From an uncultured Candidatus Saccharibacteria bacterium (lineage in GTDB: Bacteria; Patescibacteriota; Minisyncoccia; Phycocordibacterales; CAIZLB01): DNA of 42,075 nucleotides. The notes under the pieces were generated by a model. It saw only the letters and a program-made list of their open reading frames with translations, made no database searches and was not told where the DNA came from. Both the position numbers and the translations under genes were made by a program. The stretch covers positions 1-42,075 of the forward strand of contig CAZFNX010000003.1 of NCBI GenBank assembly GCA_964520195.1, in the 5' to 3' direction. The number at the start of each line of letters is the position of its first letter. The first letter of the stretch is position 1. This document shows positions 32,753 to 40,438 of the stretch, in pieces.

Positions 32753-34231
32753 ATGGTAGCATTTATCAACAAAAAAAACAAATCAAACATTGAAATACCT
32801 GAGGATATTATCAATATATTAAAAACCTTAACAGACGCAGGGTTTGATAGCTATCTAGTTGGTGGATGTGTTAGAGATATATTACGAGAAAAAACCCCTA
32901 AAGATTGGGATATAACAACTCAGGCAGTACCTGAAGAGATTCAGAAACTTTTCGTTGACTCATTTTATACAAACAACTTTGGTACCGTCGGGGTTAAAAC
33001 AAACATCGGTATCGTTGAAATAACCCCTTTTAGAACTGAAGGCCAGTATACAGACGGAAGAAGACCCGATGTTGTAACTTTCAGTAAAGACATACAAGAA
33101 GATCTTAAGAGAAGAGATTTTACAATAAACGCCATAGCGTACAATCCTCTAAAAGACCTTTATATAGACCCCTTTAACGGTAAAACTGATATAGAAAAAA
33201 GGCTTATTAAAGCCGTTGGCAGTGCTGAAGATCGTTTTGCTGAAGACGGTTTACGTATACTGCGTATGGTTAGATTTGCCGCTCAGTTAAACTATTCAAT
33301 AGACGCAGAAACCTTAACTGCTGGTATGGAGCAAAAAGACATGTTGTCTTTAATAGCTAAAGATCGGATTCGAGACGAGCTTGTAAAGATAATCATGTCC
33401 GAGCATGCAAGCACAGCTTTTGCATACATGAAAAACATAGGCATTCTCGGGTACATAACAAAACATCTTGAAGATAGTGTCAACATAACCCAGAACGGTT
33501 GTCACGCATATGACGTATTTGAACACTTAGTACGTAGTATGCAGTGTGCTGTAGATAAAAAATACCCTTTGGAAATACGCCTTGCTGCCCTACTTCATGA
33601 CATAGGTAAACCACCAACCAGACAATGGGTTAAAGACAAGAAAGATTATACATTTTACGGGCATGAGGTTGTTGGAGCTAAAATAACAAAAGAAATACTA
33701 AAAGATCTTAACTTTTCACGTGAAACTGTAGAAAAAGTCACAAAACTAGTCAGATGGCATATGTTTTTCTCTGATACAGAGCAAATAACCGCTTCTGCAG
33801 TTAGAAGAATGATAGCAAATGTAGGTAAAGATAATATTTGGGACCTTATGAATCTACGTATATGCGACCGAGTTGGTACAGGAAGACCTAAAGAAGATCC
33901 TTATAGACTTAGAAAATACATGTCACTTATAGAGGAGGTTATGTCTGACCCTACAGATGTTTCAATGTTAAAAATATCAGGCCAAGACCTCATTGATAAC
34001 TTATCTCTCAAACCAGGACCTGTCATTGGTAAAATACTACATATATTGCTCGAAAAAGCCCTTATAGATCCAAAAATAAACACACCTGAACAGCTTTTGA
34101 TTGAGTCCAAGAGTCTAATCAAGCTTCCAGATAGTGATTTAAATACCCTTTATCTTGAAGCTATAAAAACAAAACAAACAAAAGAAACTGAAAAAACTAA
34201 AGAGATTAGAAAGAAATATAAGGTTTCATAA
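32753..34231 (+). CDS. cca: CCA-adding tRNA nucleotidyltransferase with HD domain
   Basis: LVGGCVRD, RRDFTINA (polymerase beta head domain) and LLHDIGKP (HD domain). 492 aa. Confidence 0.85.
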   Translation: MVAFINKKNKSNIEIPEDIINILKTLTDAGFDSYLVGGCVRDILREKTPKDWDITTQAVPEEIQKLFVDSFYTNNFGTVGVKTNIGIVEITPFRTEGQYTDGRRPDVVTFSKDIQEDLKRRDFTINAIAYNPLKDLYIDPFNGKTDIEKRLIKAVGSAEDRFAEDGLRILRMVRFAAQLNYSIDAETLTAGMEQKDMLSLIAKDRIRDELVKIIMSEHASTAFAYMKNIGILGYITKHLEDSVNITQNGCHAYDVFEHLVRSMQCAVDKKYPLEIRLAALLHDIGKPPTRQWVKDKKDYTFYGHEVVGAKITKEILKDLNFSRETVEKVTKLVRWHMFFSDTEQITASAVRRMIANVGKDNIWDLMNLRICDRVGTGRPKEDPYRLRKYMSLIEEVMSDPTDVSMLKISGQDLIDNLSLKPGPVIGKILHILLEKALIDPKINTPEQLLIESKSLIKLPDSDLNTLYLEAIKTKQTKETEKTKEIRKKYKVS

Positions 34232-34304
34232 GAAACATATACTGTACATCATACAAAAAAACAAAGGGTTGGGACAGATGTAACACATGTGATGAAATTA
34301 TCGT

Positions 34305-34335
34305 AAAAACACCCCAATATATAGGGGGTGTTTTT
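34305..34335. terminator. bidirectional terminator between cca and xth
   Basis: AAAAACACCCC-aatatatag-GGGGTGTTTTT. Confidence 0.7.
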
Positions 34336-34487
34336 ACGTATTTTTACACATGTTTCTGATGAAACCTTAAATTAAACCCACCTCAAACCTATCTGAGCGT
34401 ACACTTGTAGAAACCTGAAAGAGCACCCCTACCCACTAAGCAACCTCACCTCTCCAACCTACACACAATTAACCAACACAATAAACA

Positions 34488-35297
34488 CTAGGAAAGAACC
34501 AAAACGACAGGACAATGATCTGATCCTTGGACATTTTCAAGTATTTTTATATCCTTAACGTTTCTCATGAAACTACTGTTTAAGTAAAACCCGTCAATTC
34601 TCCATCCAACATTTCTATCTCTAGCCCTTGTTTTCATATCCCAATACGTATATGCAACTTTTGAAGGATATAAACTTCTGAAAACATCTATATACCCTTT
34701 TTCTTGTATACTATCTAAAACATCTCGCTCCACCCTCAGAAAACCAACATGTTTCTCATTTTCCTTCGGTCTAGCTAGGTCGATTTCATTGTGAGCTATG
34801 TTAAAATCACCACAAAAGACTATATGTTTCTTGTGTAACATACTCAATTTATCACAAAAAGCTATAAAATCAGCATAAAACGCCAATTTATAGTCTAATC
34901 TCTTAGTATCCCCTCCTCCATTCGGAAAATAACAGTTAATGAAAAAGAAGTCTTTAAACTCAAGACATAGCAGTCTCCCTTCAGTTTTTAATGTTTCAAA
35001 TGAAACAAACTCTGGAGATGAGTAATTTAGGACTTTGTGCTCTATACCCTTCTTAACATACACAGAAACACAACTATACCCTTTTCTTTCTAAAGCAGAG
35101 TTATGATGCGTTATGTAGTTTAAAGGAAAAAAATCAGATTGTAGCTCACCGTAAGTCGCCTTAGTTTCCTGTAGGGCAACAATATCGAGACTATCCACAT
35201 CAATACCAACTTTCTTAGGGTTATCAAAGATATGTTCAAATATGTCTTTTTTATGATTGGCCCTTATTCCGTTCACGTTCCATGTGATAATATTCAT
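34488..35297 (-). CDS. xth: exodeoxyribonuclease III
   Basis: MNIITWNVNGIRA, LQETK, CGDFNIAH and GSDHCPV motifs of the EEP (Xth/APE1) family. Confidence 0.93.
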   Translation of the reverse strand: MNIITWNVNGIRANHKKDIFEHIFDNPKKVGIDVDSLDIVALQETKATYGELQSDFFPLNYITHHNSALERKGYSCVSVYVKKGIEHKVLNYSSPEFVSFETLKTEGRLLCLEFKDFFFINCYFPNGGGDTKRLDYKLAFYADFIAFCDKLSMLHKKHIVFCGDFNIAHNEIDLARPKENEKHVGFLRVERDVLDSIQEKGYIDVFRSLYPSKVAYTYWDMKTRARDRNVGWRIDGFYLNSSFMRNVKDIKILENVQGSDHCPVVLVLS

Positions 35298-35460
35298 ATT
35301 ATCCTTATTATATATGGATTAAATAGTAATACTACTGTCTTTTATTGACCTATATACCCTTCCCTATATTCAATGTCTTTTATTTATTGTTGCCTAACGT
35401 GTATATGTCCTATATGGTTATTATAAGTCTTTTATATGTTTTTATATACGACATTTGTAG

Positions 35461-35489
35461 TTGCATAAATTTTTTTTCTATGCTAATAT
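35461..35489 (+). promoter_or_regulatory. rpsO promoter (TTGCAT-17-TGcTAATAT), 6 nt before the ATG
   Basis: TTGCAT 35461-35466, 17-nt spacer ending in TGC, TAATAT 35484-35489, atttaa, ATG 35496. Confidence 0.55.
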
Positions 35490-35495
35490 ATTTAA

Positions 35496-35759
35496 ATGCT
35501 TACTAAGACAAAAAAAACTAACCTTATCTCTAAGTTCCAGCTACATAAGAAGGACACAGGATCTCCTGATGTACAAATCGCTCTTATTACAGAACGTATA
35601 GATTATATCTCTGAACACCTAAAAACTCACAAAAAAGATGTTCACTCTAGAAAAGGTCTATTAAAACTTGTTTCTAAGAGACTTAGTCATATGAAATATC
35701 TTCAAAGAAAAGATTCTGCTCGACATGCAACAATGTCAAATGTAGTAAAAGGAAAATAA
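35496..35759 (+). CDS. rpsO: 30S ribosomal protein S15
   Basis: DTGSPDVQIALITERIDYISEHLKTHKKDVHSRKGLLKLVSKR is the S15 pattern. Confidence 0.95.
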   Translation: MLTKTKKTNLISKFQLHKKDTGSPDVQIALITERIDYISEHLKTHKKDVHSRKGLLKLVSKRLSHMKYLQRKDSARHATMSNVVKGK

Positions 35760-35796
35760 AAACCACAAAAGTCTTTATTTTATAAGGATATTACAT

Positions 35797-35822
35797 AAAA
35801 ACACCTGTACAAAGGTGTTTTT
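35797..35822 (+). terminator. intrinsic terminator after rpsO
   Basis: AAAAACACCT-gtacaa-AGGTGTTTTT. Confidence 0.75.
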
Positions 35823-35886
35823 ATGTGTTTATATATAAACACTATCCATCTTCGACAAATCAAAAAACTAGTATATACTTATATAT

Positions 35887-36561
35887 ATGAATTCAATAAA
35901 ACATAAAGGGCAGAGAGTTGGGGTACTTATAGATACTCAAAATGTATACCATGGAGCAAAAAACCTATATAATGCAAAGGTTAATTTTCAAAACATTATA
36001 ACAGACGTTGTTGCTGGTAGAGATCTTATTCGGGCTATTGCATATGTGATAAACACAGATTCATCAGAAGAAAAAACTTTTTTTGATGCGCTAGGGAAGA
36101 TGGGAATAGAAACAAAGATAAAAGACATACAGATCTTTAGCAGTGGATCAATGAAAGCTGATTGGGACATAGGTTTGGCGGTTGACGCTATTAGACTGGC
36201 ATCTAAGCTCGATGTTATCGTTATAGTATCAGGGGATGGTGATTTTAGTCATTTGGTTGACTATTTACAGGGGACTTTTGGTTGTATTGTGGAAGCTGTA
36301 GCATTTGGAAAGTCAGCTTCTGGTATACTTAAAGAGAAGGTTAATACATTTATAGACCTATCTGAAAACCCTTCTAGATACTTAATTTTCAGAAATACAC
36401 CTCTAACAAACAGATCATCAAATCGATCAACCTACACAAATACAAACTCTAAGAAGCGAGGTAGGGGAGTGGGATCGAAAAATAATACACAAATACATAG
36501 AAATAGTGTTAAAATTACACATATAAATACAAACGAAAACAACAATGAGCGAAGAGAATAA
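35887..36561 (+). CDS. NYN domain (LabA/DUF88-like) protein with basic low-complexity tail
   Basis: RVGVLIDTQNVYHGAKNLY and VIVSGDGDFSHLVDYLQ are NYN/LabA hallmarks. The last roughly 55 aa are Asn/Thr/Arg-rich. Confidence 0.8.
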   Translation: MNSIKHKGQRVGVLIDTQNVYHGAKNLYNAKVNFQNIITDVVAGRDLIRAIAYVINTDSSEEKTFFDALGKMGIETKIKDIQIFSSGSMKADWDIGLAVDAIRLASKLDVIVIVSGDGDFSHLVDYLQGTFGCIVEAVAFGKSASGILKEKVNTFIDLSENPSRYLIFRNTPLTNRSSNRSTYTNTNSKKRGRGVGSKNNTQIHRNSVKITHINTNENNNERRE

Positions 36562-37537
36562 AAACATTGATGTTACACAATCCTTACATACACTAGAAGG
36601 TGATTTACTAGCATCTACAAAAGATGAAAACTACGCTAGTAATATTGTTAAAATTGTTACCCATGACAAAGAGGAAACAGGAGTAGCAAATAAAAAAACA
36701 GAGAAAGAAGAGGCTGGACCAAGTCGTTTTTCAAAAATCAAATTTTCCATAAATCTTAATAGTACGGCCACATATATAGGTATTAGTGTGTTTTTTATAG
36801 CTTTTATTAGTCTTGGATCATATTATTTCATACACACCACAATTCAAAACACACTTCCTCAAACAACCCCTGAACCTATTACCACAACATCTGTAACAAC
36901 CCCAACATCAACATCTTCTGTTTCTAAACCAGTATTACAAGCAAATGGTATTTTTAGTGCGGATATGGTTATACCTCTACAGGTAGTTTCTTATAATAAA
37001 AAATTGTTTATAGATAAAATAAACGAAATTAAGACTAATCTAACAAAAAACAATATTAAAGATAATATTGATATATCAATCAATACAGATCTTAGTCTTG
37101 ATAATTTCCTTGATAAAATCCAATATTCTGGACCAGAATCTCTACTTCGATCTTTTGATGCGGAAAAATCTTACAATTTTGGACTATATCACACACAAGG
37201 GGATCAATATGAGACTTATTTTTTAACTAAAATAGACGTTTTTGATTTAGCTTTTTCCGGAATGCTTGATTGGGAACGAAGTATGCCTTTAGATTTTGAA
37301 AAAATATACACATATACAGTGGCCACAAGTTCAAATTCATCAAATGTAAGTACAACGACACCTGTTTTTACAGATAAAGTTATAAAAAACATAGACACAA
37401 GAACATATATAGACACAAAAAAGGGAATACGCATCACATATGGTATTGTGAATAAACAATATCTTCTCATTACATCTGGCGAAAATTCTTTTGTAGATAT
37501 TGTAAATAAATTGTTAATACGTAATATATTACATTAA
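36545..37537 (+). CDS. hypothetical single-pass membrane protein with Thr/Ser/Pro linker
   Basis: Overlaps the NYN gene by 17 nt. Acidic N-terminus, TM helix YIGISVFFIAFISLGSYYFI, a TTPEPITTTSVTTPTSTSS linker and a roughly 200-aa external domain with no family I recognise. Confidence 0.5.
   Translation: MSEENKNIDVTQSLHTLEGDLLASTKDENYASNIVKIVTHDKEETGVANKKTEKEEAGPSRFSKIKFSINLNSTATYIGISVFFIAFISLGSYYFIHTTIQNTLPQTTPEPITTTSVTTPTSTSSVSKPVLQANGIFSADMVIPLQVVSYNKKLFIDKINEIKTNLTKNNIKDNIDISINTDLSLDNFLDKIQYSGPESLLRSFDAEKSYNFGLYHTQGDQYETYFLTKIDVFDLAFSGMLDWERSMPLDFEKIYTYTVATSSNSSNVSTTTPVFTDKVIKNIDTRTYIDTKKGIRITYGIVNKQYLLITSGENSFVDIVNKLLIRNILH
36558..36593 (+). repeat. 36-nt direct repeat, copy 1 (codons 5-16 of the membrane-protein gene)
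   Basis: ATAAAAACATTGATGTTACACAATCCTTACATACAC matches 38957-38992 at 34 of 36 positions. Both copies are read in the same frame, giving KNI(D/E)VTQSLHT. Confidence 0.85.
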
Positions 37538-37584
37538 TAAAAATTTAGTAAAACTTGAGATTATCTGTCATACACTTATGTTGT

Positions 37585-39081
37585 ATGACAGATTTAAACA
37601 AAAATTTTAATAATCTCTATAGTTTACAGATAGATATCAAAAACTCATCTTCAGTTGTTCAAATAGAAACCCTTATAACAAAAGGATTGTACAGATTTAC
37701 TATACTAGGAATACCGCACAAGGAGGCGTCAGATACAAAAGATAGAGTTTACGCAGCACTCAGATCTAATAATCTCCTTAATTTAAAATCAGATAATAGG
37801 AAAATTATAGTCAGCCTCCACCCAGATAAAACCCTTAAAAAGGAAAATATTTATGATTTAGGGATAGCTTTTTCTTGTATAGCACATATACAAAAGAAAA
37901 ATTGGACAAATAGCATGCTTATTATTGGGGAATTATCATTAACAGGCAGAATCATTCCAACAAAAAGACTTTATCAAGCCATATACACAGCATATAATGA
38001 AAATATACCTGTTATACTTTGTAGCTCGGATGATGTTAAAACACTAAGCAGTGAAATGATTGAGAAAATAAGCACTTTAGGCATATCTATACTGCATTCT
38101 CATTATATACAAGATCTTTTGATGCAAGTGGATGATTTTTATGAAAAAAAGCAGAAACAAAGTTTGTTTCCAACTATTACAAATATTAACCAAAAAACCA
38201 TCAAAGAACCTTCATTAGAAACACCAATACATTTGAAAGACATAGTTAAACTAGAATCACTAGATCAAACTTTGGCTTGCATATACATAAGTCTTTGTGG
38301 AGGACATAAGGCTTGTATAGAAACTAGTGGGATTAAGGAGTTTAAAAAAATATATGAGCCTTATATTACATATAAACCTAAAGAATATGCAGGCCAGAGT
38401 CTTTATACTAAATATATCAATAAATTACACGACGATGTTACTCATACAAAAACAACCTATATCGATAATCTTAAACTAGAGAGAAAGGAAACTGTAGAGA
38501 GTTATGAAGATACCGTTATTGCTACACATACTCCTTGTATCTGCGGATATAAACATGCTTTTTTTACAAATGCAGAAGAAAGACGATGTATTTGTAGCAA
38601 GAAAAGCATTATTCAACACAAGAGATATCTAGAAGACTCTTTTTTTCATTTATTTTCTATGTATACAACCAACACCCAGAACTATGTACAAACTGTAGAC
38701 ATTAAAACAATCCACAAACAGATAGATTTTGTAAGAGATATACAGTTTAAAAGATTTGTATCGTGTATGAATCTATCTGAAAGAGAAGAAGCAATGTTTC
38801 CTAATAAGACTTATCTAAATGAGTATATGAACTCAAAAGATATAGAAAAAAACCTTGATACTAAAGCACAAAACATATGGAAACAGTCATACACACAAGA
38901 AAAACTCTTGCAAGTAGCACAGACTATTCAAGACATCTTAGACTTTGAAACAAACCATAAAAACATTGAAGTTACACAATCCTTACACACACATAAAACA
39001 CATATATCAAAAGAAAAACCTGCTGTATCAGAGCAGGCATTACTTTTAGCTTTATCTTACAGTATTAAAATGGATTTCTAG
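37585..39081 (+). CDS. ComM/YifB (Mg-chelatase-like) homologue with degenerate AAA+ core
   Basis: The N-terminal ChlI/Lon-like domain can be aligned by eye to YifB (FTILGIP...DRVYAAL...IIVSLHPDK...YDLGIAF...IGELSLTGRI). The CxCG...CxC segment (PCICGY...RRCICS) and the C-terminal helix (LLQVAQTIQDI) are also present. The Walker A position reads GGHKACIETSGIKEF. The track start is TTG 37555; I prefer ATG 37585. Confidence 0.65.
   Translation: MTDLNKNFNNLYSLQIDIKNSSSVVQIETLITKGLYRFTILGIPHKEASDTKDRVYAALRSNNLLNLKSDNRKIIVSLHPDKTLKKENIYDLGIAFSCIAHIQKKNWTNSMLIIGELSLTGRIIPTKRLYQAIYTAYNENIPVILCSSDDVKTLSSEMIEKISTLGISILHSHYIQDLLMQVDDFYEKKQKQSLFPTITNINQKTIKEPSLETPIHLKDIVKLESLDQTLACIYISLCGGHKACIETSGIKEFKKIYEPYITYKPKEYAGQSLYTKYINKLHDDVTHTKTTYIDNLKLERKETVESYEDTVIATHTPCICGYKHAFFTNAEERRCICSKKSIIQHKRYLEDSFFHLFSMYTTNTQNYVQTVDIKTIHKQIDFVRDIQFKRFVSCMNLSEREEAMFPNKTYLNEYMNSKDIEKNLDTKAQNIWKQSYTQEKLLQVAQTIQDILDFETNHKNIEVTQSLHTHKTHISKEKPAVSEQALLLALSYSIKMDF
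38957..38992 (+). repeat. 36-nt direct repeat, copy 2 (inside the C-terminal helix region of the ComM-like gene)
   Basis: ATAAAAACATTGAAGTTACACAATCCTTACACACAC. See copy 1. Confidence 0.85.
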
Positions 39082-40054
39082 CACCTCGAACCTCGAAGTG
39101 AAGGTGTACACCTGTAGATTGTCCTGTACTACCCATAGATCCAACACGTTCACCTTTAGAAACCCTTTGTCCTTGTGATACTCGAATATCTGACATATGG
39201 GCATACAGTGTTTGAGTTCCATTACTGTGGTTGATTACAACATAGTTACCATAACCACCGTTCCACCCATCACCACCTCGTACAAGACTTACATATCCAT
39301 CAGCCGCAGCAAGTATTGGAGTACCGTATGCAGCAGCGATATCTATACCATTATGCCCATGTATACCTTGTGTTTTAACACCACCCACAACAGGTCTTGA
39401 GTAATATCCTTTATTTGTTGATGGTTTTTTATCGTTATTATTGTTTTTAGCAGGCTTTGATTGATTTGATGAACTCGAATCTGCTGAGGCTACAATCTTA
39501 CCTCCTGGAATAATAATAACGTCGCCAATCATCAACTTTCCATCCTCTATATTATTAAACTCTGTCAATTCAGATTGAGATACGTGAAATTTTTCTGATA
39601 TCTCACTTAATGTATCACCACCTTTAATTGTATAAGAAACCCCTGAAACAGGTAAAATAACAAGTTTTTGTCCCACATGGATAGGACTTGTTTTCTTTAA
39701 ATCGTTAGCCCAAAGAATAGTTTCTGGGGTAACATTAAACTTTTTAGCAATCATCTCTACAGTATCCCCTGATACAACCTCATACTCACTAATACTACCT
39801 TCTTGATTCAAAACCGTTGTACCAGCTTCATCAGATACAGCAACTGTTACAGTAGTAGGGACAATACCTTCTTCAGAATAATCAATATCTGACAAAGATG
39901 TATCTTCTTTCTCTAGTGTATTCAAAACAGTTGTATTTTCTTCAGAAAAACCTTTTATAACAAGGAGCTTTTTACCTATTTTAATAGCGGGTATATCTTT
40001 TGTAACAACTTTACCTTTTTTAATATTTTTCGCAGGAGATGATACATCTTGCAC
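39065..40054 (-). CDS. LysM-repeat M23 family peptidoglycan endopeptidase
   Basis: Two clear LysM repeats (YEVVSGDTVEMIAKKFNV..., YTIKGGDTLSEISEKFHV...). M23 motifs HNGIDIAAAYGTPI and GSTGQSTGVHLHFEV. The GTG start comes from the track. The in-frame upstream region up to 40243 encodes a TM helix but has no canonical start codon. Confidence 0.88.
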   Translation of the reverse strand: MQDVSSPAKNIKKGKVVTKDIPAIKIGKKLLVIKGFSEENTTVLNTLEKEDTSLSDIDYSEEGIVPTTVTVAVSDEAGTTVLNQEGSISEYEVVSGDTVEMIAKKFNVTPETILWANDLKKTSPIHVGQKLVILPVSGVSYTIKGGDTLSEISEKFHVSQSELTEFNNIEDGKLMIGDVIIIPGGKIVASADSSSSNQSKPAKNNNNDKKPSTNKGYYSRPVVGGVKTQGIHGHNGIDIAAAYGTPILAAADGYVSLVRGGDGWNGGYGNYVVINHSNGTQTLYAHMSDIRVSQGQRVSKGERVGSMGSTGQSTGVHLHFEVRGARNPF

Positions 40055-40343
40055 AGAAGACTCATAATATAATCTATCTGTTGCTAAAAGAGCGTCATCA
40101 AGATGGAAAGCTTGTGAAGCAACAACACTTTGGCCAAGACTTGACCCTAAGACAGTGTTAAAATGAATAAAACTTGTTAGTACTGTCGTAAATACAACAA
40201 CATGTACTAATGATTTTGATGTTTGAGATGTAATAACTTTAAACTAAACGAATAAACGTCTATGAGGTGAGTTCGGAAATATACAGAAATACTAAATAAC
40301 CATCATAACCGTTGCACAAAAGTAATTCTAACTTTTTACACTC

Positions 40344-40373
40344 TTACAATCAAGACATTTTATGTGGTATAAT
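40344..40373 (+). promoter_or_regulatory. promoter TTACAA-18-TGgTATAAT upstream of the large repeat protein
   Basis: TTACAA 40344-40349 and TATAAT 40368-40373 preceded by TGG. ATG 40439 gives a leader of about 60 nt. Confidence 0.5.
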
Positions 40374-40438
40374 TTTTACTGTTGTTCGGTATATTTTATA
40401 AAATAAACATTCTTTATTAAGAATAAAAAATAGTACAC

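Noticed and set aside
36431-36540. Three imperfect ACACAAATACA-like repeats at the 3' end of the NYN gene.
   Set aside because: They are short, imperfect and irregularly spaced. They coincide with the Asn/Thr-rich low-complexity tail, so codon repetition (ACA, AAT, AAC) explains them.
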